Assembly: GCA_963813025.1 (NCBI GenBank)
Contig: CAWEXO010000005.1
Coordinates: forward strand, 32,001 to 96,000
Length of the DNA stretch: 64,000 nucleotides
From: an uncultured Verrucomicrobiae bacterium
Lineage (GTDB): Bacteria > Verrucomicrobiota > Verrucomicrobiia > Chthoniobacterales > JAFAMB01
Reading direction: 5' to 3'
Part shown: positions 43,883 through 52,852 of the stretch, one piece after another
How the letters are laid out: each line of letters begins with the position of its first letter
Numbering within the stretch: the stretch's first letter is position 1
The notes under the pieces: model-generated
Seen by the model: only the letters and a program-made list of their open reading frames with translations
Database searches by the model: none
Told to the model about the DNA's origin: nothing
Made by a program: the position numbers and the translations under genes

Positions 43883-44851
43883 ATGCCTTCCCCCCCTATG
43901 CGCACAATCTATCGCTTGTTCGGGCCGATTATCGGCCTTCTTTTAGCAGGGCTGACTCCTTCACTGAGTTCAGCCCAAGAGCATAAAGATGTTTATTACT
44001 GGATCTCACACGGCGCCCCAACCGACCCCGTCTGGACTTATTTCCTGCAAGGAGCCGAGCAATGGGCCAAGGATACCGGAGCTGAGGTGCGGACATCGTT
44101 CCACAGCGGCGATGTTCCGTCTCACCAGGAGGCTATCCGAGCGGCGATCACGGCGAAGGCGCGTGGTATCGTTACCAGCACTCCTGATCCGGGAAGCCTG
44201 ACCCAGGTTATCTCCGAGGCGCATGCTGCCGGAATCCCGGTGATCATTATGAACACCGAGGACAAAACCAGCGGACGCGATGCTTATGTCGGCGGCGACA
44301 ATGTCGCTATCGGGCATCGCTGGGCGCAGTACCTGGTTGACCATGGATTTGTCAAAAAGGGCGACCTCGTGTGGCTACCGGTCGAGGTGGCCGGAGCGAC
44401 CTATCAAACGCTCGAAACGCAAGGCATCAATGCCGTTTTTGAGCCGCTTGGAATCAACAAGGAAATCACCGAGACCAAGCTCGACCAAGCCGAGATCATT
44501 ACCCGGATGTCTGACTACCTGACCGCCAACAAGGGCAAAATCAAAGCGATTATCGGTCTGGGCGACCTCGTGACTGGAAGCATCAAACGAGTCTTCGACC
44601 AAGTAGGCGTCAAACCCGGGGAAATCCCGGTCATCGGTTGGGGCAACTCTCCGGACACTGCCCAGGAGGTTCTGGACGGATACGTCAATGCCGCCATGTG
44701 GCAAGATCCGCAGGCGACCAGTTACATGGCTCTATCGATGGCGGCAATGGCGGCCAGCAAAATTCCACCGGGATTCGATATCAGCGTCGGCACCCTTTAC
44801 GAAAAGGACAAAGCGCCCACTTATCTCAAGCTGATGCAGGGCAAGAAGTGA
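43883..44851 (+). CDS. Sugar ABC transporter substrate-binding protein
   Basis: Signal peptide, SHG...DPVW, GIPVI, YVGGDN, WQDP (Peripla_BP type I). Start is ATG 43883 or 43898. Confidence 0.88.
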   Translation: MPSPPMRTIYRLFGPIIGLLLAGLTPSLSSAQEHKDVYYWISHGAPTDPVWTYFLQGAEQWAKDTGAEVRTSFHSGDVPSHQEAIRAAITAKARGIVTSTPDPGSLTQVISEAHAAGIPVIIMNTEDKTSGRDAYVGGDNVAIGHRWAQYLVDHGFVKKGDLVWLPVEVAGATYQTLETQGINAVFEPLGINKEITETKLDQAEIITRMSDYLTANKGKIKAIIGLGDLVTGSIKRVFDQVGVKPGEIPVIGWGNSPDTAQEVLDGYVNAAMWQDPQATSYMALSMAAMAASKIPPGFDISVGTLYEKDKAPTYLKLMQGKK

Positions 44852-44995
44852 TTGGCGCAAAAGGCGGAAACCAATTCACCACATCCTGCCGGTCCGGAAC
44901 CCTGACAAGCTGGAAGCTTTTCCTGCACCTTCACCCGTCCCCACTTCAGCAGCTCTTCTCGACAACCGACCCCACATAGGGGAGAACTCTCAGCC

Positions 44996-45961
44996 ATGCG
45001 GAAGCTCTTAGCACGGCCTGAGTTCGGGCCGTTTGTTCTGCTGGTGCTGGAGATAACTATTTTCACGGCGAAATCGCCCGCTTTTCTCTCGGTCGGCAAC
45101 ATTAGCAACTTGCTCGCATTCACCCCTGAGCTGGGCATGGTCAGCCTGGGCATGACCCTCCTGATGATTTCGGGTGAGTTCGACCTTTCGGTAGGTTCAG
45201 TCTTCGGCTTTGCGCCGGTCATCATGTGGACCTTTTACAACACGCATACGACTTCGCTCGAAGTTGGTTTCCTCATCGCCATGGCGCTGGCGGTCCTCGT
45301 TGGATTCATTAATGGCTGGCTGGTCACGCGTCTGAAAATTCCGTCCTTCCTGGTTACTCTCGGCATGCTTCTGGTGGTTCGCGGAACTGCGCTTTACATT
45401 ACTGACGGCTTTCCGCAACACACCTGGACCGGGAAATCCCCGCTGACCAACTTTATTGTCGGCGCATTTTCACTGGGATCCCTGCGCATTTACGCGTCTT
45501 TGCTCTGGTTTATCCTGTTCGCCCTGATCCTCGGCTACGTGCTAAGCCTCTCGAAAGCGGGCAATTGGATTCAGGCGGCCGGTGGCAATCCGGAAGCAGC
45601 TCGCGCCCGCGGCGTGCGCGTGGCTCGAACCAAGATACTCCTCTTTATTCTGACGGCGGTGATTTCCGCTTACGCCGGGATCACCAGTTCCATCCGCGTT
45701 TCCTCGGCAAACCCGAATTCTGGCACCGGCTACGAACTGGAAGTGATTGCCATGGTGGTGATCGGCGGCACCGCACTGAGCGGAGGCCGCGGCACGATCC
45801 TTGGCACGGTGCTCGGTGTTCTGATCTTGCGGATGATGCGCAACGGCATCGTCTTGATCGGGGTGCCGGGCCTGGCCTATAACATCTTTATTGGCGCGAT
45901 TATTTTAGTAATTATGGCGCTGCATTCTGGACTGGAACGGAGGCACCACGCAGGAACTTAG
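44996..45961 (+). CDS. Sugar ABC transporter permease
   Basis: GEFDLSVGS, IPSFLVTLG, GGNPEAARARG, YELEVIAMVVIGG motifs. Confidence 0.93.
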   Translation: MRKLLARPEFGPFVLLVLEITIFTAKSPAFLSVGNISNLLAFTPELGMVSLGMTLLMISGEFDLSVGSVFGFAPVIMWTFYNTHTTSLEVGFLIAMALAVLVGFINGWLVTRLKIPSFLVTLGMLLVVRGTALYITDGFPQHTWTGKSPLTNFIVGAFSLGSLRIYASLLWFILFALILGYVLSLSKAGNWIQAAGGNPEAARARGVRVARTKILLFILTAVISAYAGITSSIRVSSANPNSGTGYELEVIAMVVIGGTALSGGRGTILGTVLGVLILRMMRNGIVLIGVPGLAYNIFIGAIILVIMALHSGLERRHHAGT

Positions 45962-46059
45962 ATTGTGCATTGGACCAATTCGTCGTTATCGATTTGAGAG
46001 GAGTTTTCGGCCGGCGGTCTCGGCCGACGTGGTGAGACAAGCGACGACATTGAAACTCT

Positions 46060-46806
46060 ATGGAAGATGATTTTCTCGTTCGCATGGAGCGCATTAGCAA
46101 GTCCTTCGGGCAGGTTCAAGCGCTCAAAGATGTCTCCTTTGCCGTCCGCCCAAGCGAAATTGTCGGCCTTCTGGGTGACAACGGCGCTGGTAAGTCGACG
46201 CTCATCAAGATCCTTTCCGGAGCACTCCGAGCCAGCAGCGGCGACATCTTCATCCATGGGAAAAAGGTCCAGATCCGCACCACGACGGATGCGATCAGAT
46301 TAGGGATCGAGACGATCTATCAGGACTCAGCGCTGGTAACGCAACTGTCGATCGCCCGTAATCTCTTCCTGGGGCGTGAACCGGTGAAGGGGCCGCGGAT
46401 CTTCGGACGGTTGAACCAAACCGACATGAACGAAGTTGCCAGTGATTTGCTTAAACAGGTCGGAATCAGCAAAGACATTCCCGCGACGACTCCGGTGAGC
46501 GCGCTTTCCGGCGGCGAACGTCAAGCCGTGGCGATTGCCCGGGCGCTTTTTTTTGAGAGCAATCTGATCATTCTCGATGAGCCTACCAATAATCTCGGAG
46601 TGCAGGAAACCCAGGGTGTTTTGCAGTTTGTCCGGAATGCCCGTGATGCTGGGCATTCCTGCATTCTCATCGCGCACAACATCTATCACGTGTTTCAGGT
46701 TGTCGACCGGATCGTCGTCCTGCGACGGGGAAAGAAAGTGGCCGACGACATAATTCCCAAGCAAACAACGATCGAGGCGGTCGAGCGCATTATCACGGGG
46801 ATGTAG
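46060..46806 (+). CDS. Sugar ABC transporter ATP-binding protein
   Basis: GDNGAGKS, LSGGERQ, ILDEPT motifs. Confidence 0.95.
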   Translation: MEDDFLVRMERISKSFGQVQALKDVSFAVRPSEIVGLLGDNGAGKSTLIKILSGALRASSGDIFIHGKKVQIRTTTDAIRLGIETIYQDSALVTQLSIARNLFLGREPVKGPRIFGRLNQTDMNEVASDLLKQVGISKDIPATTPVSALSGGERQAVAIARALFFESNLIILDEPTNNLGVQETQGVLQFVRNARDAGHSCILIAHNIYHVFQVVDRIVVLRRGKKVADDIIPKQTTIEAVERIITGM

Positions 46807-46917
46807 GGCAGCGCGCCAACGGCGCGCGCTGCGCAATCGCAAGTAGCAAATCGCGAATAGCAGAGAGCGAACCGATTCAGCCATCTGTCTGCGATTCGCG
46901 ATTCGCGAAAGCGACGC

Positions 46918-47187
46918 CTAGCCGCCGCCGGTCGATTTCCGCGTACCCCACGGTTTCACCAGATCGCGCGTAATGAGCAGCAGGAGGAGCACAGCAATGG
47001 CGACTAGAACTCCCAAGACAATTTTGAACCCGAAGTAGACCTGGTCAGGCAAGCTAATGACTTCATTGATGATCAGCAAGAAAACCGCAATGAATGTAAC
47101 AAGAACGAAAATTGCGATCTTCGTGAAAAGTGGTCGACGTCCGGGAGGTGGAGGGTTCGTTTCTTTGCGAATATCGTCTGCTGGCAT
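46918..47187 (-). CDS. Small two-TM membrane protein
   Basis: 89 aa with two clear hydrophobic helices. Confidence 0.55.
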   Translation of the reverse strand: MPADDIRKETNPPPPGRRPLFTKIAIFVLVTFIAVFLLIINEVISLPDQVYFGFKIVLGVLVAIAVLLLLLITRDLVKPWGTRKSTGGG

Positions 47188-47387
47188 AGGGGAAGCGCTT
47201 GAAGAAGCGCGAATACCACATAGCAGATCGTAAATAGTAAATCAAACGGCTAGTATCCGCGTAATCTTTTATCACCGAGGCAACCGCGTCGAACCATCTG
47301 GTTCCACTACCGATTTCAAGGATAATTACTTGACGCTGTCCGGATTGACCGCCCGGGCTGGAACTGGCACTGACACTAACACCGGGA

Positions 47388-47668
47388 CTAGTGCACCGTC
47401 CCTCATATAAATGGTGCCATCGTTGCGTTCAAAATGGGCCGCCGGCAAGGCGCGACGAGGACACATATCTGAATCGATACGTTACCGAGGAGTAACGCAG
47501 CCGCCGGTCCATTTTCAACGCAACCCTTTGGGCCACGGCCAGTTGGCTGTTTTTCGGCGTTGCTCGCTCGACCCGTATGATTCAGATATGGGCGCTTCGC
47601 TCGCGCCTTGAAAAACAGCCAACTGAACCTGCGGCGATGGTATCATCATATGAGAGACGGTGCACTAG
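47388..47668. mobile_element. 281-bp MITE-like element with ~40-bp terminal inverted repeats, CTAG at both ends and two internal hairpins
   Basis: CTAGTGCACCGTCCCTCATATAAATGGTGCCATCG ... CGATGGTATCATCATATGAGAGACGGTGCACTAG. Confidence 0.8.
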
Positions 47669-47678
47669 CAGCGACACG

Positions 47679-47894
47679 CTACGCCCTCGCTACCGGCGGA
47701 TGGGGCGGAGGCGTGTCCGGCAGCGGCGGATCGGTCTCCGGTCGAGGCGGAAAGGGAGGATTTGGCGGCGCGGGTCGGGGAGCCGGCTCCGGACCGGGCG
47801 GCACAGGTTGCGGGGGCTGAGGTTGCGGTATGTCAGGAGCAGTCGGAGGGACCTGTTGACTTCGCGGCAGCTTATTGGGATTCAATTGATTCAT
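47679..47894 (-). CDS. Small proline-rich protein (71 aa)
   Basis: MNQLNPNK...PQPQPPQPVPPGPEPAPRPAPPNPPFPP; strong one-frame Pro periodicity. Confidence 0.45.
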   Translation of the reverse strand: MNQLNPNKLPRSQQVPPTAPDIPQPQPPQPVPPGPEPAPRPAPPNPPFPPRPETDPPLPDTPPPHPPVARA

Positions 47895-48049
47895 GAGAGG
47901 ACGACACTTCAGACGAAGGAAAGACATCTTGAGTTCGCGACTAAGCCGATGAATGGTCCTAGCGATCCAACGATCGCCGGTACACGCAAGACGCACGGCC
48001 CTGTGCTGGTAGCGAAAAATTCAGAGATTGTCTAGCAAGACCCACGCTG

Positions 48050-48161
48050 ATAGGGGCAAGCTCCTGCTTGACCGTCAACGCGCGAGCCATCTCTCAACTT
48101 GGACGAGCAGGAGCTCATCCCTACCGCACACTCATCCTTATGGCGCCAACAGCCCGAAAGG
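48050..48161. repeat. REP doublet plus tail, copy 2 of the 38367-38474 family
   Basis: TAGGGGCAAGCTCCTGCTTGACC...GGACGAGCAGGAGCTCATCCCTACCGCACACTCATCCTTATGGCGCCAAC. Confidence 0.8.
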
Positions 48162-48221
48162 ACGCGTATCCTCCGGAGCTGCTATTTACTACCGCGTTTG
48201 CGATCTGCGATTTGCTATCCG

Positions 48222-49271
48222 TCAGGTGACGTGCGGCCCTAAAAGTGAGATATCAGCTGGGCTCAGGCGATCCTTGGCGGTTTTTGCCTGATGCCAATAG
48301 GGGTAAAGCAAAGGCGGCCGGCTGACCTCATCCAGGCGATTGAATTCCTCTTCACTGAGTTGCATGTTTGCCGCCCCAAGATTGTTTTTCAGTTGTTCTT
48401 CAGTTCGAGCACCGATGATTACTGAACTCACCCCAGGTTTCCGCAGAAGGTAAGCAAGCGCGACCTGCGCACCGGAGGCGTTATGCGCTTTGCCGACCGA
48501 GATGATCACTTCAACGATGTCATAGAGTTTCTCTCGATCGTAAACGGGTGGCTCACCCCAGTCATTTAAATGCCGGCCTTCAGGCTGATCAGATCCCCGG
48601 CGATACTTGCCCGAGAGCAAACCACCAGCCAAAGGGCTCCAGACCAGTATCCCCAAGCCTTGATCCAACGAGATGGGCACCAACTCGTACTCCGCGTCTC
48701 GTCCTTGCAAAGAATAATAAATTTGCTGACTGACGAACGGAACGAAGTTGTGCCGAGCCGCTACGCCGAGCGCTTTCATCAGGTGCCACCCTGAATAGTT
48801 CGATGCACCGATATACCGCACCTTACCGGCCCGGATCAGAGAATCTAAAGCCTCCATCGATTCCTCCAAAGGAGTTTGACCATCCCATTCGTGGAGCTGA
48901 TAAAGATCGATGTGGTCGGTCCGCAGTCGTTTGAGACTGCGTTCGCATTCCCGCACAATATGATAGCGGGAAGTTCCTCCATCGTTCGGGCCGGTACCGA
49001 TGACCATACGCGCTTTCGTGGCGATCAATACGTCATCGCGCCGGCTCTCCAACACCTCACCCAGAATTTCCTCGGATACCCCCTCCGAGTACACGTTCGC
49101 GGTGTCGTAGAAATTTATCCCAGCTTCAAGACAAAGATCGACTTGGCGGCGCGCATCCGCCACGCCGGTTGAACCGACCTTGCTGAAAAAACTGCGACCT
49201 CCAAAGGTCATTGTGCCAAGAGTAAGAACGGACACTCTGAGGCCGGAGCGTCCAAGTTGCCGATATTCCAT
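48222..49271 (-). CDS. Aldo/keto reductase
   Basis: LGRSGLRVS, LGTMTFG, DTANVY, ATK, DLYQLH, GKVRYIG, WSPLAGG motifs. Confidence 0.95.
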   Translation of the reverse strand: MEYRQLGRSGLRVSVLTLGTMTFGGRSFFSKVGSTGVADARRQVDLCLEAGINFYDTANVYSEGVSEEILGEVLESRRDDVLIATKARMVIGTGPNDGGTSRYHIVRECERSLKRLRTDHIDLYQLHEWDGQTPLEESMEALDSLIRAGKVRYIGASNYSGWHLMKALGVAARHNFVPFVSQQIYYSLQGRDAEYELVPISLDQGLGILVWSPLAGGLLSGKYRRGSDQPEGRHLNDWGEPPVYDREKLYDIVEVIISVGKAHNASGAQVALAYLLRKPGVSSVIIGARTEEQLKNNLGAANMQLSEEEFNRLDEVSRPPLLYPYWHQAKTAKDRLSPADISLLGPHVT

Positions 49272-49320
49272 AGACTACGTTTACCGTGAGCAGCCCGAGG
49301 TTCAAGGCTCGGTTCCGGCC

Positions 49321-49417
49321 GGGCGAAAATTTATTCGAGGCGTCTTTGAGGCGTGGCAACTTCAGTGTCGGGCTCGAACGAATCTTCGCCGAAGGCTCAG
49401 ATAAATTCTCGCGCTAC
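49321..49417. repeat. Degenerate second copy of the 24501-24685 palindrome core
   Basis: GGGCGAAAATTTATTCGAG ... GGCTCGAACGAATCTTCGCCGAAGGCTCAGATAAATTCTCGCGCTAC resembles both arms of the 24.5 kb element. Confidence 0.65.
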
Positions 49418-49574
49418 TGGCACAAGGCGGGAGAAACGCTGTACTATCCCGCAAGCGGTCCGCGCTACGTCAGCCAAATGTCTTCTTGCCTTCTTTCAGA
49501 TAGTCGAAGAAAACGTCTCTCGCAGCTTTTCCGAAAAATCGAAGGAACATCTCACACCTAGAGAGGGACAATGT

Positions 49575-50258
49575 ATGAAGAAAGTTATCGTCGAATTCAT
49601 TGGGACATTTTTTCTTGTCTCGACAGTAGGAAACACGGTTCTCAATCCGGGCGGCGTTGGCAATTTCGCGCCACTGGCCATTGGCACCATTCTCATGACG
49701 ATGATCTTCGCCGGAGGACACATTTCCGGTGGTCACTACAATCCGGCCGTCACTTTGGCGGTTTTGATCCGAGGTAAATGCCCCCTTTCCGATGCAATCA
49801 GCTATTGGATCGCCCAATTTCTGGCTGCGCTGGTCGCCGCAGCGATCGTTGTCTACCTGAAGGGTTCTCCGCAGCTGCCGCCACCGAGTGAATTCCGCAT
49901 CGGGCCTGTCCTCTTGGCAGAGTTCATTGGCACGTTTGCTCTCTGTTTTGTTGTCCTGAATGTCGCGACGGCGAAAGGGACCGAAGGGAATTCCTTTTAT
50001 GGTCTGGCGATTGGGTTCACCGTGATGGCCCAGGCATACGCGGTCGGCGCGATCTCGGGTGGAGCATTCAACTGCGCGGTCGCTTTAGGAATCACCGTGT
50101 GGGGGTTGGTCAGCTGGAGTAATTTCATACTTTATCTGATCGCCGAGCTGGCCGCAGCCGCGGTCGCCGCCGCTGTCTTTCTTTATGTTAATCCAGAGGA
50201 ATCGATGGGACCATTGGAAACTCCTCCGGGTCCGGAAAAAGAAGCTCCGTTGGCTTAG
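49575..50258 (+). CDS. MIP/aquaporin family channel
   Basis: EFIGTF, ISGGHYNPAVT, AEFIGTF, SGGAFNCAV motifs. GAGGG upstream of ATG 49575. Confidence 0.92.
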   Translation: MKKVIVEFIGTFFLVSTVGNTVLNPGGVGNFAPLAIGTILMTMIFAGGHISGGHYNPAVTLAVLIRGKCPLSDAISYWIAQFLAALVAAAIVVYLKGSPQLPPPSEFRIGPVLLAEFIGTFALCFVVLNVATAKGTEGNSFYGLAIGFTVMAQAYAVGAISGGAFNCAVALGITVWGLVSWSNFILYLIAELAAAAVAAAVFLYVNPEESMGPLETPPGPEKEAPLA

Positions 50259-50339
50259 TTAGTCCGGTTGCCACGACGTCATCGCCATTGCTCGCCGCGA
50301 CCGTTTCGAAACCGCCTTGAGCCGGTCAGGCCCTTTCCT

Positions 50340-52505
50340 TCACCGGCCCGCGGTCACCCCCGGCGCCTCCCCGGGTAATTTCGCTCCGAGCTGATGGGCA
50401 AAGAAGGAGAACACGTCTGTCAGATCAGACACCTGCTGATCGAGAGAGCTGCCAAATCCATGCCCAAAGGAGTTAATGCGCAGCAGAATAGGATTGCCCG
50501 GTGCGGCCGCCGCTTGCAATCGCGCGACGAATTTCAGCGAATTGGAAGGAGCTACCCGCCCATCATTAAGCCCGGCAGTTATCAGGATAGCTGGATACTT
50601 TGTGCCATCGACCACATGATGGTAAGGCGAGTAGGCATACAAGGCTTTAAATTGCGCCAAGTCTTTCACTGAGCCGAACTCAGTCACATTGAACATGCCG
50701 TTCGGCTCGAGTTCTGATCGCAGCGAATCGTAGATACCTGCCTCGGAAACAACCGCTTTCATCAGGTCCGGATGCTGCGTAATCATGGCTCCCATGAGCA
50801 GGCCTCCGTTGCTACCTCCTAACATGCCGAGTCGCGACACCGAGGTGTACTTGTGCTCCAGCAAATAATGAGCACACGCAGCAAAGTCGTCGAAAACGTT
50901 CTGTTTGCGCGTTAGATTGCCCGCTTTGTGCCAGGCTTCTCCGAATTCGTTGCCCCCACGCAGGTTCGTATCGACATAAATGCCGCCTCGATCGTACCAG
51001 GCTCGAAAGCTCAACCGCACTCGCGGTTCTTCGCTCAATCCATAGCCACCGTAGCCATAAAGAATGGTGGGGTTTTGCCCATCCAGTTTCATCCCTCTTT
51101 TGTGGACAATGTTCAGCGGCACTTTTGTTCCGTCCTTGGAGATCGCAAAATCACGGGTCACTTCCAGATCATCGAAGTTAACGGCGGCCTTGGTGTTGAG
51201 CGCGGTGGCCAGCAATTTATTACCCGCCGAGTCATACCGGAACCATTCCGGAAGGGACGTGTAACTGCCGATGCGCGCTAGAGCCATGTCCTCTGCCGCC
51301 GCGACTTCCGCGACATTGGACACCGGCGGAACCGGTGCAACGCGTCTGTTTTTTCCATCGAGATCGTAGACGTGCAAACTGGACGGACCGCCCTCCAAGG
51401 TCTTAAGCAGGAGTGAGCTATCCGTAACCGCGACCTCCTGCAAAACGCCCTCCCCTTGCGGAACGATTGTTTTTGGACCCGCGTCGGACTTCAAATCGAA
51501 TTGAACCAACTGGCCTCTGGGCGCGCCAGCCTGTGAGATCGCAAAGAAAGACAGGTCCGGTCCAATCTTTCCTCTTTTTATGCGGTCGGCGAAGTGAGTG
51601 AACTGTCGCCATTTCTGGTCCGGGCCAAGGACGAAATGCTCGAAATCCCCGCCGTCCCCGTTGGCTACAGTAGCGACGACGAGATCGACGGTGCGGCTCG
51701 ATTGCAGTTCGACCTCGGCGATCTTGGGAAACTGCGAGCCAATCGCGTAAACATCCGCGCTCTCTGGAGTTCCCATTTTGTGGAAGTAGACCTGCTGGTA
51801 GAAATGGAGATCGGCGACTGGCCGCTCACCTTCGCGCGGATACCGCGTATAGAAAATTCCTGCGCCATCCCGGGTCCAGGCAGCACTTCCGCCACCGGTC
51901 GGATACTGGACACGGGTGAGGTGATCGGGAAGCTGTTGACCCGTTGCCCCGTCAAAAAAGTACAGATCGCCATCCTCAGTCCCGCTTTTCGAGAGCGACA
52001 CGGCCACTTTTGAGCCGTCGTGAGACGAGATGAACCAGTCGATCGCGGTAACGCCTTTCGGGTCCAGGGTATTCGGATCGCATACGCTTCTGGCGGACTT
52101 CACTGGCTGATCGGGCGAATCGAGGACGACCAGCACCTCTTGCTGTTTGGACGGATCAAACTCCAAAGCGAAGATTTTCCCGCCAGCCAATTGAAAACCG
52201 CCCACGGACGGCGGAGTTGAGGTGATCAAGGTCTTGATCTGGGAAGCAATTTCGTTCCGCCCCGGCATTGCATCGAGAAACTCCCGGGCCCGGGCATTCT
52301 CTTTCTCCGCCCAGGCTTTGACTTCGGGATTCGAGGGTTGCTCCATCCATTGATAGTCGTCGCGAACTGCGATTCCATGATAGGTATCGGTGACCGGTTT
52401 CTTTGCAGTCGGGGGAACCGGCGCCAAAGGTGGTGCGGCGTTCGAGAGCGTCTGGATCAAGACCAAAAAGGAGGCGGAGTAAAGAAGTGGGTGCTTGGAA
52501 CGCAT
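50340..52505 (-). CDS. Secreted prolyl oligopeptidase (S9A)
   Basis: Signal peptide, DDYQWME, SKDGTKVP, YGYGGY, NLRGG, GGSNGG, DGRV, GHG motifs. Confidence 0.95.
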   Translation of the reverse strand: MRSKHPLLYSASFLVLIQTLSNAAPPLAPVPPTAKKPVTDTYHGIAVRDDYQWMEQPSNPEVKAWAEKENARAREFLDAMPGRNEIASQIKTLITSTPPSVGGFQLAGGKIFALEFDPSKQQEVLVVLDSPDQPVKSARSVCDPNTLDPKGVTAIDWFISSHDGSKVAVSLSKSGTEDGDLYFFDGATGQQLPDHLTRVQYPTGGGSAAWTRDGAGIFYTRYPREGERPVADLHFYQQVYFHKMGTPESADVYAIGSQFPKIAEVELQSSRTVDLVVATVANGDGGDFEHFVLGPDQKWRQFTHFADRIKRGKIGPDLSFFAISQAGAPRGQLVQFDLKSDAGPKTIVPQGEGVLQEVAVTDSSLLLKTLEGGPSSLHVYDLDGKNRRVAPVPPVSNVAEVAAAEDMALARIGSYTSLPEWFRYDSAGNKLLATALNTKAAVNFDDLEVTRDFAISKDGTKVPLNIVHKRGMKLDGQNPTILYGYGGYGLSEEPRVRLSFRAWYDRGGIYVDTNLRGGNEFGEAWHKAGNLTRKQNVFDDFAACAHYLLEHKYTSVSRLGMLGGSNGGLLMGAMITQHPDLMKAVVSEAGIYDSLRSELEPNGMFNVTEFGSVKDLAQFKALYAYSPYHHVVDGTKYPAILITAGLNDGRVAPSNSLKFVARLQAAAAPGNPILLRINSFGHGFGSSLDQQVSDLTDVFSFFAHQLGAKLPGEAPGVTAGR

Positions 52506-52852
52506 GGGCGAGCAAAGTGGCACGAGTTGTTCTTTGAGGCAAAAGAAGAGCGCGATTTACGAATGCATTCCCACAAATTCTACCGACCAGATAGCCGACT
52601 TTGCAGATCGTAAGTTTTGCGCTCCTGGAATGAAGAGTTGACAGCGGCAAACACTTTCGATTGAGTCTGAGAAGTCAGTTTAACGGAGGTTCCCCCCATG
52701 GATTTAGCACTCTGCCTGCGCGGCGTCCCATTCGGTCGCCCGCCTTCCTAATCCTGCCCGGATTAGAATATTGTTCGGCGTGTCTCACTGAGGCACGGCT
52801 CTTTACCACTTAACACCCAAACCCTCCCAAAATAACCCCACCATCCTTTCCA

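Noticed and set aside
52530..52852. Riboswitch or promoter in the long leader of the GH3 gene (GGCAAAC; TTGACA at 52638)
   Set aside because: The remaining c-di-GMP-I consensus elements are missing and there is no convincing -10 box at the expected spacing. An Rfam scan would be needed.
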